The notes under the pieces were generated by a model. That model worked only from the letters and a program-made list of their open reading frames with translations, was not told the origin of the DNA and searched no databases. A stretch of 58,277 nucleotides of DNA from a virus (Duplodnaviria; Caudoviricetes): IMG/VR virus record IMGVR_UViG_3300025018_000174, positions 1-58,277 of that record; one strand, written 5' to 3'. The translations under genes were made by a program, and so were the position numbers. Positions 1-9,696 of the stretch are shown here, piece by piece; within the stretch, counting starts at the first letter, position 1, and the number at the start of each line of letters is the position of its first letter.

Positions 1-209
1 TGGATCATCAGGTCGACTTCCAGTATCACCGGATCGGGCACTACTAAGCGAGAAAGGAACAAAACCATGACGACCAATAACTACCCTGAGCTCGAGAAGG
101 CCCGGGCATCAATCGCGGCGCTTCTCGCAGACGACGGCCGCACGCCGAAAGAGGCTGAACAAGCCCGCAAGATGGCGGTCCGTCTGATGGCCAAGCATGG
201 CTTGACGGA
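1..209. repeat. Terminal direct repeat, copy 1 (circular overlap)
   Basis: Matches 58069-58277 except one base (a83 vs c58151). Confidence 0.95.
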
Positions 210-792
210 GGAGGACATCAAAGCCTCGGCCCCGAACATGGGCAAGGCTGCCATCGAAATCGGCCGCCACGATTGGCTCTTCTACAAGGCCGTCGCCTTC
301 AACCTGGAACGTCTGACTGGCGCCCGCATCTTCACCCGGAAGCTTCAGACGTCCAACGGCAAGCGCTCCGACCGGAAGCTCGTGACCATGATGGGCTTTC
401 AGTCCGACGTCGAATGGGCCTACTGGCTTCTGAACCATCTCATCGCTGCCTCCAAGAGGTCTGCAGCCGGTTCGGTGTCGGACAGGCAGCGAAGCGACCG
501 TGTGACCGGTTTCGGGATCGCTGTCGGCCTTCGGTTGAGGGCTCTGGCTGACGAGATGGTCACGCATCAGACCGCGGCGCCGAGCGGCACGGCCCTGGTG
601 GAAGTGAAGTCTGCCCGGGTCAACGACTACCTGGTGGAAGAGGGTATCATCCTGGGCGTGTCCAAGGCCAAGAGCCGGGACGTGAAGGATGCTGCCGGCT
701 TCAGGAAAGGATTGGTCGACGGTGCGAATGTCTCCCTCGGCAGGCCCATCTCCAAGTCCGGCGGCCCGGGCGTTCTTGCGATCGGGGCCTAA
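67..792 (+). CDS. DUF2786-family phage protein
   Basis: N-terminal ALLAD...EAEQARKMAVRLMAKHGL motif; AAGGA RBS. Confidence 0.75.
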   Translation: MTTNNYPELEKARASIAALLADDGRTPKEAEQARKMAVRLMAKHGLTEEDIKASAPNMGKAAIEIGRHDWLFYKAVAFNLERLTGARIFTRKLQTSNGKRSDRKLVTMMGFQSDVEWAYWLLNHLIAASKRSAAGSVSDRQRSDRVTGFGIAVGLRLRALADEMVTHQTAAPSGTALVEVKSARVNDYLVEEGIILGVSKAKSRDVKDAAGFRKGLVDGANVSLGRPISKSGGPGVLAIGA

Positions 793-793
793 G

Positions 794-994
794 ATGCGGT
801 TCCAAGCCATCAAGCTTTGGCGCCAGGATGGTGAGCCTTTTGAGTTCACGGAGAAAAACCCACCATCCTGGCTGATCGGAGGCTTGCCTGGGTCCACGAT
901 GGATAACCGGTGGTTCTGGAATGACCGTGTGCTCACTCTTGCGGTCGGTGAAACTGTGGACACAGACTTCCATCGCATTGAGCGCGTGGAATAA
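794..994 (+). CDS. Hypothetical protein (66 aa)
   Basis: ATG immediately after the upstream stop; followed by a hairpin. Confidence 0.6.
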   Translation: MRFQAIKLWRQDGEPFEFTEKNPPSWLIGGLPGSTMDNRWFWNDRVLTLAVGETVDTDFHRIERVE

Positions 995-998
995 AGAA

Positions 999-1027
999 GG
1001 CCCCGGGGTATTTCTACCACCGGGGCC
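999..1027. terminator. Hairpin between convergent genes, probable bidirectional terminator
   Basis: ggccccgg...ccggggcc stem. Confidence 0.6.
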
Positions 1028-1067
1028 AAACCTGAGCTGGAGGTTTGCAGACTGACGGGCTCAGGGT

Positions 1068-3437
1068 TCAAGCAAGAGGATCATAGCCCTCCTCTACTCG
1101 GAGAGCGGCGATCTTCCTTATCTTTTCCGCCCTTTTGTTGTCCTTGCTTGTCTTGGCCCAGCCAGCCTGCGCTTCTTTGCTGCGCGCGGCTTTCCAGGCC
1201 TCAGGCATCTCGACAATATTGGTAGCAGGCTCGTCGGGCAGATCAGGCTCGCGCTCCGGCAGGTCGTCGGGGAACTCTGATCCTTCCACCTTCTCGATGG
1301 CCTTCTCCCACTCTTCCGCGGTCATGTCACGGTTGTAGACAAGGGCCCGTATCTTTCCAGGGCGGGCCGCATTTGCTTTGTGCTGGTTCAGCGACCAAAG
1401 GAACAGCCGTCCCTTAGAGGTGTGATGCTGACCCTGGTTCACTGCACGGACGGTGTTCTTGAGGAACTTGCGAGCCACTGTGGTCAAGTGACGGGAAGTC
1501 TTTGTGAGGTGCTGCGGCAGGGCATCAACAATGTCCTTCTCAGCCACAAACGTGCCATGGAACGGAGGCAGTTTGCTTTCCCACAGATAGAGCAGATGGC
1601 TTTCGACGTCGCCCAGAGAGGCTCGGCGCATATCCTCTTTCGAGCCTGTAGCAGGAGCCCGTCCACGACCATTGAAGTGCGACACGTCCCGCTTCAGCAG
1701 CCAGTCGAGGACGAAGCTAGCCCCGCCCTTTTCCTGCAGCCAGCTGAATAGCGCCTCATAGTAAGCGTCAGGCTTGGGCCGTGCAGGAGAGTTGACAATC
1801 AGATACCGGCGATCGTCGTCTTCCAGTGGAAGTGCGTCTTCGTAGTTGGTGAACCCAATGAAGATCATCACGTTCCGCAGGTAGTAAATGGAATGGAACT
1901 TCTCGTTGATCGGAATGCGAGGGTCCGCGATCATGGTCTTCATGGCGTTCATCGTGTCGAACCGCCCTTTGGCCATGAGCTCTTCCAGCACTACCAGACG
2001 GCAGTTGGCAGCCCAGTCGTTATACTGGCTCTGCACCTGATCGTTCGAGGGCCGGGCTGTATTGTGGGCACCGTAAATCTGTTCCATCACCTGACCGATG
2101 AAGGATTTACCCGTGCCTTGGAAACCTTTCACGACAAGAGCAAAGTTGGGCTTCAGCTTGGGGTGCTGAACACACCATGCCATAAAGTCAAGGGTCAGGT
2201 CATGCTCTTTGCGGTCGGGGATCAGGAAGTCCATGTGGTCAAGGAACATCGAGACGTCACCGGCCACCGGTTTCACGTCTGACGGCCTCCACAGGTTGTA
2301 GTCCTCGCCCACAAACTCCGGTTCCTCGGGCTCGTAGCAGAAGCTATGGAACTTCCGCATTGAGCGCTTGGCGGAGAAGATTTCTTGGGACAACTGGCCC
2401 TTGCCACCTTCGACCATATAGTTGAACATGGAGTTGAAGGACTTCTCATCCAACTTCAGTTGGTCGCGGCGCCTGACGAACCACTTGGGCCCGGCAACCC
2501 AGACCCACTGATCCATGATGCCGGCATAGCGTTCTTCCTGCTCGCCCTGAATAGGCGCCGGGCCTGCTTCACCCTCATCGTCCGCTTTGTCAGGGTCTCC
2601 AAAGTCATGCTCGGGCGTATCGCCACCCGGGGGAACAACGGAGGCATAGTCAAAGGCGTTCTCGACGATCTTGGCCATCTCTTCGTCTGACCACGGCGGA
2701 ATGCATCGCGGGTTGTAGTGCTCAAGCATGAGCTTGCAGGCCTTCTCGGGCGAGAGGCCTTTCTCACGGAGCACACAGGCAAGATAGAAGGTTGTCGTAT
2801 TGCCCTTCTGACCCTCGATGGCCGGCTTGGCATCAAACTTCAGATGGCTGACAGCCCATTCAATATACTGCGGTTGGTCCTGTTCAACCACCGCCTCATT
2901 GGAATGCTCCCGGGTATCCCGTCGACCTGTCGCATGCGCCACCCATTCAGGCAGCGGAGCGATCGGGACTTGGCTACCCTCAATCCAGTCGTATTCGCCT
3001 ACAGAAGTGGCAGAACCAGGCGCCAGCACATATCCGCCTGCACCGCCAGCAGAGCGAGTGTCAATTCCTGGTCCGACTTGCTCGACTGTCGTGCGAGCCA
3101 GTCCCTTAAAATACAAATGGAAACCGCCAGAAGGAGTGCGAGCCCGCAACGTTTGAGGCAAAGCTCCATGGTCAAGCTCCAGTTGGTCAAGAGAGGCCTG
3201 CCCGTTCTTACCCTTCTTCATATCCAGGTCGATAACGCAGAGCCCTGAAGGCCCGCACGCAACCCCGATATTATCATCCGGCCAGGCTTTCCACCAATTG
3301 CGGATTGTCTTTTCATCAGTGGTGGCTTCTGTGCCCCACTTTACCCTCGGTTTGTCAGTGGTGCCCTTGCGGATCGGAAATACGAACCAACCCTTTTTGG
3401 CATAGGACAAAGCGAGAGTGCCCTTGGATTGCTCCAT
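1068..3437 (-). CDS. Bifunctional primase/polymerase (Prim-Pol) fused to a DUF5906/SF3-type helicase
   Basis: GWFVFP, NIGVACG, VIDLD and RTPSGGFHLYF motifs; Walker A GFQGTGKS; start placed at the ATG with an AGGAGG RBS (ORF open to 3473). Confidence 0.9.
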   Translation of the reverse strand: MEQSKGTLALSYAKKGWFVFPIRKGTTDKPRVKWGTEATTDEKTIRNWWKAWPDDNIGVACGPSGLCVIDLDMKKGKNGQASLDQLELDHGALPQTLRARTPSGGFHLYFKGLARTTVEQVGPGIDTRSAGGAGGYVLAPGSATSVGEYDWIEGSQVPIAPLPEWVAHATGRRDTREHSNEAVVEQDQPQYIEWAVSHLKFDAKPAIEGQKGNTTTFYLACVLREKGLSPEKACKLMLEHYNPRCIPPWSDEEMAKIVENAFDYASVVPPGGDTPEHDFGDPDKADDEGEAGPAPIQGEQEERYAGIMDQWVWVAGPKWFVRRRDQLKLDEKSFNSMFNYMVEGGKGQLSQEIFSAKRSMRKFHSFCYEPEEPEFVGEDYNLWRPSDVKPVAGDVSMFLDHMDFLIPDRKEHDLTLDFMAWCVQHPKLKPNFALVVKGFQGTGKSFIGQVMEQIYGAHNTARPSNDQVQSQYNDWAANCRLVVLEELMAKGRFDTMNAMKTMIADPRIPINEKFHSIYYLRNVMIFIGFTNYEDALPLEDDDRRYLIVNSPARPKPDAYYEALFSWLQEKGGASFVLDWLLKRDVSHFNGRGRAPATGSKEDMRRASLGDVESHLLYLWESKLPPFHGTFVAEKDIVDALPQHLTKTSRHLTTVARKFLKNTVRAVNQGQHHTSKGRLFLWSLNQHKANAARPGKIRALVYNRDMTAEEWEKAIEKVEGSEFPDDLPEREPDLPDEPATNIVEMPEAWKAARSKEAQAGWAKTSKDNKRAEKIRKIAALRVEEGYDPLA

Positions 3438-3597
3438 AGGCCGCCCTCCTGAGTTCAGTCTGCCTTTCGACATTATCGCTAAGGCATTGCCCAGGATACC
3501 ATTTATGCTCCAGCTGTATCTTAAGCCGGCGCTGTCTTACCACATATCCCGCGTGCGCGCGTGTAAGACTTTGCTGGCTACCAATTCCTAGAGTGTA

Positions 3598-3628
3598 GGT
3601 TTCTCATTGAACCAAGTGGCGATATGCT
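3598..3628 (+). promoter_or_regulatory. Sigma70-like promoter
   Basis: GG-TTTCTC-N17-TATGCT. Confidence 0.55.
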
Positions 3629-3666
3629 GTAAATGTTCAAGCGCAACTGAGAGGAGCATCTCCCAC

Positions 3667-4176
3667 ATGAACACCATCGAACAGAACCTCGAACGACTGG
3701 CGACGGCGTCCGAGCGTCAAGCGGTGGCACTGGAAGCGATCCTGGAAATCCTGGGTCGTCCCATGCCGCTTTTTGAAGTCACCGGGGGTGAACCCGTGGT
3801 GACCGTCGTCAACACCGTCGAGGCCCAGGATGAAGACACCACCGCCGCTGATCCCGAGCCCGAAGCTGCTGAAGAACCCGCGGCCGAAGAGCAAGCCGCT
3901 GAAGAAGCGCAGGAAGCCGGCGAAGCCGAAGGAGACCCCCTCGGAGACGATCCCCTCGGCGACGGTAACGGCGATGCTGAAGAGCTCGTGGCCCCGAAAG
4001 ACCTGACGACCGACGTCCTGCGCGGCAAGGCCCGCGAGCTGATGGACAAGGAAGGCAAGGCCGCGGTTTTCGAGGTCCTCGCCGAGGTCGGGAAGGGCTA
4101 CAAGGCGGTCGGTGAGGTCCCGAAGGAGGAACTGGCCGAGGCGTGGCTCAAGATGGCGAAACGCCTTCAGGGCTGA
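3667..4176 (+). CDS. Acidic phage protein of the type found upstream of DUF2800/DUF2815 replication modules
   Basis: GAGGAG RBS; acidic linker with GDPLGDDPLG; helical C-terminal domain. Confidence 0.7.
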   Translation: MNTIEQNLERLATASERQAVALEAILEILGRPMPLFEVTGGEPVVTVVNTVEAQDEDTTAADPEPEAAEEPAAEEQAAEEAQEAGEAEGDPLGDDPLGDGNGDAEELVAPKDLTTDVLRGKARELMDKEGKAAVFEVLAEVGKGYKAVGEVPKEELAEAWLKMAKRLQG

Positions 4177-4466
4177 CGCTTCGCGAGGTCAAGGAGCTAC
4201 GGGATAAAGCCCACAAGTCCTTTGACCGTATCTGGAAGCGGGGGCATATGTCGCGAAAGCAGGCCTACAAGTGGCTTGCCAAGTCTTTGCAGATGCCCCC
4301 GCACTCCACCCACATGTCAAAGATGTGGAGCGCCGAAATACTTGAACGGGTTATAGCGGTCAGCGACCAATACATTGGACGCACTGCCCTGGAAGAGGAC
4401 TTTGACGGCGAGCCACCCATCATAGGAGATCGTCATGTCCAACGGGCTAGTGTCCGTAAGTCTTGA
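4143..4466 (+). CDS. DUF3268-like protein (C-terminal part only)
   Basis: LR..AH..FD.IW...MSR..AY.WLA..L.....H motif; start uncertain. Confidence 0.6.
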   Translation: MAQDGETPSGLTLREVKELRDKAHKSFDRIWKRGHMSRKQAYKWLAKSLQMPPHSTHMSKMWSAEILERVIAVSDQYIGRTALEEDFDGEPPIIGDRHVQRASVRKS

Positions 4467-4683
4467 AGTCCATCCGGACGAAGCAGTGGAGCAACTCATC
4501 CACCACCTGAAGATCGCGGCCACCCTCTTTGAGGCAGCGCCCACGGCCGAGCAGGTAAAAGAGGAAGCCCGGCGTATTCTGAGCCGCGAGACCGGCGAAG
4601 GCGATATTGGTGGCGTTCTCAACGCCATGCACGCTTTTGTGGACGCTCTTGACGCCTGGTATGAGAAGGACCGGAAACGGTAA
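4435..4683 (+). CDS. Hypothetical protein
   Basis: AGGAG RBS; operon packing. Confidence 0.7.
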   Translation: MSNGLVSVSLEVHPDEAVEQLIHHLKIAATLFEAAPTAEQVKEEARRILSRETGEGDIGGVLNAMHAFVDALDAWYEKDRKR

Positions 4684-4696
4684 CGGTATCCCGATC

Positions 4697-4993
4697 ATGA
4701 CTGATACCCCGGCTTTTCCTTATGATGTGTCCACGGGCATGACCGGCCTCTTCAAGGTCGTGGCGGTGTCTGTCGGCGTCTACCACGTCAAGCAAGTCCA
4801 GAGTGATGGCCAGTGGGTTACCCTGGCCATCAGCCATCACTTCGAGGCCGCAGAAGCCATTGGCGTGATGGAAGAAGCCCAACGCTATTATCACCGGGAG
4901 CTGATGAAGCTGAGGGCCGTGTCTGCTGGCAACCTGAATGCAGGTGTGCCCAACCATCACGATCACAGCCAGCGAGGATTTGAACCGAAATGA
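4697..4993 (+). CDS. Hypothetical protein
   Basis: Operon packing; ATGA overlap with the next gene. Confidence 0.6.
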   Translation: MTDTPAFPYDVSTGMTGLFKVVAVSVGVYHVKQVQSDGQWVTLAISHHFEAAEAIGVMEEAQRYYHRELMKLRAVSAGNLNAGVPNHHDHSQRGFEPK

Positions 4994-5565
4994 TGGACAT
5001 CATGATCGACCTGGAGACCTGCGGCACCCGACCGGGCTGTGTGGTTCTCAGCATTGGCGCCGTCGGGTTTTCCCGGCAAGGCGCCATCCATGGCATGTTC
5101 TACGAAGAAATTAAGATCGTGGACAGCATGGAGCGCTTTACCCTCCACCAGGAGAAAGGCACCATGGAGTGGTGGAGCCGCCAGTCCGAGGCCGCCCGGG
5201 CCATCTTCACTGAGGAACGCCAGCTCAAGGCCAAAGTGCTGGAAGAAGTCGTCGACCAGTTCCGCTTCTGGTATGGCGACATGGAACGCAAGGCCGGGCC
5301 GATAAAAGGTGTCTGGGCTCAAGGGCAAGACTTCGACTTCCCGATCTGGGCCTACGCCACGCGTGAGACTGGGCGTGAAGTTCCGTGGGCTGAACAGTTC
5401 TGGCTGGCCCGCGACTGTCGCACCGTAACCTATGTGCTGGACTTCAATCGTGACAAAGTCCAGAACCACGGCACCCAACACAAAGCCCTCGACGATGCCA
5501 TCTATCAGACCAAGTGTCTGGTGGCGGCACTGGGCGAGCTTCACATGCTGAGGAACCCGCTATGA
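4990..5565 (+). CDS. DEDDh 3'-5' exonuclease (Rv2179c/DUF5051-like)
   Basis: IMIDLET, WAQGQDFDFPI, RDCRT and HKALDDA motifs. Confidence 0.85.
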   Translation: MMDIMIDLETCGTRPGCVVLSIGAVGFSRQGAIHGMFYEEIKIVDSMERFTLHQEKGTMEWWSRQSEAARAIFTEERQLKAKVLEEVVDQFRFWYGDMERKAGPIKGVWAQGQDFDFPIWAYATRETGREVPWAEQFWLARDCRTVTYVLDFNRDKVQNHGTQHKALDDAIYQTKCLVAALGELHMLRNPL

Positions 5566-5870
5566 CCGCGCCCCAATTCAATGGCCTGACGCCCGCCGAG
5601 CATGAACGCCTTGCCATGCTTGCTGAAGAAGCCGCCGAGGTCGTTCAGATCGTCGGCAAAATCCTGCGGCACGGCTATGAGAGCAAGCACCCGGACAACA
5701 TGAACGGGCCCACCAACCGGCATATGCTGGAAAACGAAATCGCGGACTTCTACGCCATTGCCGGCGTCATGGAAGACCTCAAGGACGTGACGGTCGAGGG
5801 CGAGGCAGTGCGGCAAGCCATCAAGAAGAAACGCCGCTACACCCACCATCAAGAAGGCGAGGGCTGGTAA
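5562..5870 (+). CDS. MazG-like NTP pyrophosphohydrolase
   Basis: LAEEAAEVVQ...K...LENEIAD (EE..E / E..D pattern). Confidence 0.7.
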   Translation: MTAPQFNGLTPAEHERLAMLAEEAAEVVQIVGKILRHGYESKHPDNMNGPTNRHMLENEIADFYAIAGVMEDLKDVTVEGEAVRQAIKKKRRYTHHQEGEGW

Positions 5871-6739
5871 TGAAACCCATGCTTGCCTACACCGTCGACA
5901 CCCCGAGGGGCTTGCAGTTTCCGCTGCTGGCCTCTCCGAAGCTCGATGGCATTCGGTGTGTCTGCACCGTCAACGATGGCCCGGTTTCGCGGTCGCTGAA
6001 GCCTATCCCGAACCGGTTCATCCATGGCCAGCTGTTCTTCTACCCGCCCTTCGACGGCGAGCTGATGGTCGGCGATCCCACGGACCCGTCGGCCTTCAAC
6101 AGGTCCACGTCCGGCATCATGTCTCACGACGGAGAGCCGGACTTCACCTACTGGGTGTTCGACTTCTGGAAGCTGGAACAGCTCTACTTCGAAGAACGCC
6201 TGCGGAAAGCCGAGGAGCAGATCAAGGCTGAGGCGTGCTGGCGCGCACGGCTGGTGCCTCACAAGATGATCGAGCACCCTGACGACCTGCTTGCCTACGA
6301 GGCCGAGCATGTTGCCCTTGGCTATGAAGGCGTCATGGTGCGAGACCCCCGAGGGCATTACAAGCATGGGCGATCGACAGCCCGTGAAGGTCTGCTCGGC
6401 AAGGTCAAGCGGTTCGAAGATACCGAAGGCACCATCGTTGGCTTTGAAGAGCTGATGCACAACGACAATGAGCAGACTACCAACAACCTTGGCTATGCTG
6501 AGCGGTCGAATGTCTCTGCCAACATGCGTCCCGGGAATACCCTCGGGGCTCTTCGTGTCAAGCACCCTGCCTACGAGGAAGACTTTGGCATTGGCACGGG
6601 GTTTGACGCGGCTCAGCGGGACTACCTCTGGGCCAACCGTGACACCCTTCTTGGTGCCCTGGTGAAGTTCAAGCACCAGCCGAGTGGCGCAAAGGACAAG
6701 CCCCGTTTCCCCGTGTATCTCGGCATTAGGAGGGATTGA
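5870..6739 (+). CDS. ATP-dependent DNA ligase
   Basis: KLDGIR, FDGEL, EGVMVR, KVK, GTGF and PRFP motifs. Confidence 0.92.
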   Translation: MKPMLAYTVDTPRGLQFPLLASPKLDGIRCVCTVNDGPVSRSLKPIPNRFIHGQLFFYPPFDGELMVGDPTDPSAFNRSTSGIMSHDGEPDFTYWVFDFWKLEQLYFEERLRKAEEQIKAEACWRARLVPHKMIEHPDDLLAYEAEHVALGYEGVMVRDPRGHYKHGRSTAREGLLGKVKRFEDTEGTIVGFEELMHNDNEQTTNNLGYAERSNVSANMRPGNTLGALRVKHPAYEEDFGIGTGFDAAQRDYLWANRDTLLGALVKFKHQPSGAKDKPRFPVYLGIRRD

Positions 6740-7029
6740 TGGAAAAGCGCGAAATGCCGGCTTACCGGGAACCGTCGCCCCTGTTGCAGCCTGAAGGGCA
6801 CAACAGGAAAACCCGGCTCATGCAAAAGGCCAAGAGCCGGCAATCGCAGCGGAAGCTTGACAAGCTCATCAAGCGGGCCCTTGCGGCCTATCAAGCCATG
6901 ACGCCTGAACAGCGCCAACAGATGCTTGAGGAGCAGCGGAAGTCGTTCGTTCGAGGGATGACAACGCCTTGTGAACATGGTATTCTGGACTTCGAAACCT
7001 GCCCGAAGTGCAGAGGATGGGAGAGCTAG
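6736..7029 (+). CDS. Hypothetical protein with C-terminal CxH...CxxC
   Basis: Overlapping start with AGGAGG RBS. Confidence 0.6.
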   Translation: MMEKREMPAYREPSPLLQPEGHNRKTRLMQKAKSRQSQRKLDKLIKRALAAYQAMTPEQRQQMLEEQRKSFVRGMTTPCEHGILDFETCPKCRGWES

Positions 7030-7030
7030 A

Positions 7031-7324
7031 ATGGCTTGGGTTATCGGAGAAGAATACAAGGCTCATGCGCCGCTCAAGGGACCGATCCGGTGCCTCGGCT
7101 CGTTTCAGGCTCAGGAAGACCTGAAGCAGGCGGATCACTTCCGCATCGGGCGTCTTGAATTCCTGGTGGAAGACAAGGTGCAAGCTGGGCAAACTGTCGT
7201 GATCTATGATCGGGCAGGGGCCAAGCTCTTGGCGCTGCATTCGCGGCTTGCCAACGAGTATTATGGGGAGCTGTCCGAGAAGGCGAAGAAAGCTCTGGCA
7301 GCAGAAATGTCGGAAACGACGTAA
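7031..7324 (+). CDS. Hypothetical protein
   Basis: GGAG RBS; operon packing. Confidence 0.6.
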   Translation: MAWVIGEEYKAHAPLKGPIRCLGSFQAQEDLKQADHFRIGRLEFLVEDKVQAGQTVVIYDRAGAKLLALHSRLANEYYGELSEKAKKALAAEMSETT

Positions 7325-7337
7325 CAAGGAGAAGACT

Positions 7338-8702
7338 ATGGCTCAACACGCCAAGCTTTCGGCCTCAGGGTCGAAGCGTTGGATGTCGTGCCCCGGCTCT
7401 GTAGCAGCAGAAGCTCGGGTTCCCGGCAAACGCAAATCCTCCATCTTTGCGATGGAGGGCACGGCTGCTCACCTTCTGTGTGAGATGTATTCCTCAAAGG
7501 GCATTCACCCGCGGGACTACCACGGCTATGTGATCGACATCATCAAGGGCGACGCCTACTTCCGCGAGGACTTGGCAAATGCCACCAGCCCGATCGTGGA
7601 TCATGATGGCGACGTTATCACGGACTTGAAGGTGGATGCTTCCTTCACCGTTGACCATGATATGATCGACGCCGTGGAATACTATGTCGCCGCCGTCGAA
7701 GCCGCCAGGGCGCGGCTTGATCCGCTTGGGCGCGAGGAGTTCTCCGAGCAATGGATCGACATGACGTGGCTCCATCCGCTGCTCGGCGGGACCGGTGACT
7801 ATATCGGCGTGGAAGCTTTCGGCTGGGCTGAATTGGTCGACTACAAGCACGGGCGTGGCGTGGCAGTGGAAGTCTATGACAATTCCCAGCTGAAGATTTA
7901 CGGCACCGGGCTTCTCCACATGTTCCCTGATTGCGAAGGGGTGCGCATGACAATCGTGCAGCCCCGGAAGGAACACGAAGACGGGCCCATCCGCACAATC
8001 AAGTATACCCGCGCGGAGCTCGAGGAATTCGCCGTGGAGCTGAAGGCCGCGGCTGAGGAAACGCAGCGTTCCAATGCTGAATTCCGTGCCGGTGAGTGGT
8101 GCCAGTTCTGCTCGGCCAAGGTCTACACGGACACCAACGGCACTCTGCAGGAATGTCCGGCTATCATGGAGAAAATCCAGGAAGAAGCCGGCATGGACTT
8201 TGATGACCTTCCGCCGGAAGGCGCTCTGCCGGTGCCGACCAAAATCCGCGACTTGGCGCGGCTTGCTGAATGGGCGCCACTGCTTGACGGCTTCGTGAAG
8301 GCTGTGGACACGGCAATCCAGGAAGAGCTGATGGCGGGACGTCCGGTGGCGGGCTTCAAGCTGGTGCGCAAGCGTGCCAACAGGAAGTTCATGAAGGAAG
8401 TCAAGGAGGTTGATGAGCTGACTGGCGTTGAAGAAACCCGGCTGGTGGTCCTTGAAGACGACGAAGTCGTGAAGGAGATGAAGAAGGCCGGCATCAACAA
8501 GACCGACTGCTTCCAGCCGGCAAAGCTCAAGTCTCCTGCTCAGATGGAGAAGCTTGGAGCCGCGGCGAAAAAGCATGTGAGCACCATCTCGCGGAAACCT
8601 GAGGGCGGCCTGACAGTTGCCCGGGAAAGCGATCCGCGTGAGGCTGTTGACCTGAGCACCGTGGCCGCATCGGACTTCGACGATCTGCCGGGGGACGAGT
8701 GA
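7338..8702 (+). CDS. DUF2800 Cas4-like PD-(D/E)xK exonuclease
   Basis: HAKLSASGSKRWMSCPGS, EGTAAH, GTGD, DYKHG, QLKIY and CQFC..C motifs. Confidence 0.9.
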   Translation: MAQHAKLSASGSKRWMSCPGSVAAEARVPGKRKSSIFAMEGTAAHLLCEMYSSKGIHPRDYHGYVIDIIKGDAYFREDLANATSPIVDHDGDVITDLKVDASFTVDHDMIDAVEYYVAAVEAARARLDPLGREEFSEQWIDMTWLHPLLGGTGDYIGVEAFGWAELVDYKHGRGVAVEVYDNSQLKIYGTGLLHMFPDCEGVRMTIVQPRKEHEDGPIRTIKYTRAELEEFAVELKAAAEETQRSNAEFRAGEWCQFCSAKVYTDTNGTLQECPAIMEKIQEEAGMDFDDLPPEGALPVPTKIRDLARLAEWAPLLDGFVKAVDTAIQEELMAGRPVAGFKLVRKRANRKFMKEVKEVDELTGVEETRLVVLEDDEVVKEMKKAGINKTDCFQPAKLKSPAQMEKLGAAAKKHVSTISRKPEGGLTVARESDPREAVDLSTVAASDFDDLPGDE

Positions 8703-8705
8703 AAC

Positions 8706-8900
8706 ATGGTTTCGGCGAGCAACATCTCGGCGCTTGCTGTTCAGATTACCCAAGCAGCGGAAAAGGTGGCTCCGGACACCGATCCGCTGACCATGCGTTC
8801 AGCCTGTCTGGTGGCCGCGGATGCGTTCCTCCAGCAAGCTGCGCAAGAGCAGATCGTGAACAGCGTCTATCGTAAACCATCATCGGGAGACCGGAAGTAA
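8706..8900 (+). CDS. Hypothetical protein
   Basis: Operon packing. Confidence 0.55.
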   Translation: MVSASNISALAVQITQAAEKVAPDTDPLTMRSACLVAADAFLQQAAQEQIVNSVYRKPSSGDRK

Positions 8901-8903
8901 TAC

Positions 8904-8937
8904 GCCGGTTTCCCATACAGTTCGGTCGGGGTAACCT
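8904..8937 (+). promoter_or_regulatory. Sigma70-like promoter (near-twin of 11957-11990)
   Basis: GCCGG-TTTCCC-N17-TAACCT. Confidence 0.6.
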
Positions 8938-9111
8938 GATTGAAGTCTGCAGCACAAGCAAGACCTGTGAGGTTCGTCCAGCAGGTTAATCTTAGAAAGA
9001 CTGGGTTTCATAAGCCTCCGGGCGGAACCTGAGAGCACGAGGACTGACTAAGGCTCTCACCAACATAACAGCCATCCCGATGTGGGATACAAGTGTCAAG
9101 GAGACAATTCG

Positions 9112-9696
9112 ATGGCTGAACGTCTTAAGGTGGTGACACCGCCCTTCCGTGTTTCGTTCCCCGCGGTTTTCGAACCGTCGTCCTATCAGGGTGGGGACCC
9201 GAAATACTCCGTCGTGGGGCTCTTCTACCCCGACAAGTTCACGGACGCCGACAAGAAGGCCTGGGCTTCGATGCAGGCCATCGCCGACGCGGCTTCCAAG
9301 GACAAGTTCAAGAAGGCCGTCAAGGACCTTCCGGCGAACTTCAAGAAGCCCATCCGCAGTGGCGCGGAAAAAGAACATCTCGAGGGCTACAATGTCCCTG
9401 GCTGCATGTTCGCCACCTTCTCGTCCAAGCAGCGTCCCGGCATCGTCGATCGCAACAAGCAGCCCATCCTGACCGAGGAAGACTTCTATCCCGGCTGCTG
9501 GGCGCGTGCCACGATCACGGCCTACCCCTACGACAACGTGGGCAAGGGCGTGGCGTTCGGTCTGCACAACCTGCAGAAGCTCGGCGACGACGAGAACTTC
9601 ACCGGTCGCGTGGCCGCGGAAGAAGACTTCGACGATGATGCGGATACGGTCTGGTCCGGTTCCGACATCGCCCCGAAGGACGATCCGACGGCGTGA
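9112..9696 (+). CDS. DUF2815 single-stranded DNA-binding protein (gp2.5-like)
   Basis: RVSFPAVFEP, KYS, FYPGCWAR and GVAFGLHNLQK motifs; acidic tail; AAGGAG RBS. Confidence 0.88.
   Translation: MAERLKVVTPPFRVSFPAVFEPSSYQGGDPKYSVVGLFYPDKFTDADKKAWASMQAIADAASKDKFKKAVKDLPANFKKPIRSGAEKEHLEGYNVPGCMFATFSSKQRPGIVDRNKQPILTEEDFYPGCWARATITAYPYDNVGKGVAFGLHNLQKLGDDENFTGRVAAEEDFDDDADTVWSGSDIAPKDDPTA

Noticed and set aside
4990-5565. Exonuclease C-terminus RNPL as another DPL tag
   Set aside because: It lacks the Asp and the acidic context, so it was not counted
7338-8702. Cas4-like nuclease as evidence of CRISPR
   Set aside because: It is a standard DUF2800 replication-module gene; no array or other cas genes were seen
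8965-8990. ggttcg T-loop-like sequence suggesting a tRNA
   Set aside because: No cloverleaf with D and anticodon arms or an acceptor stem could be built
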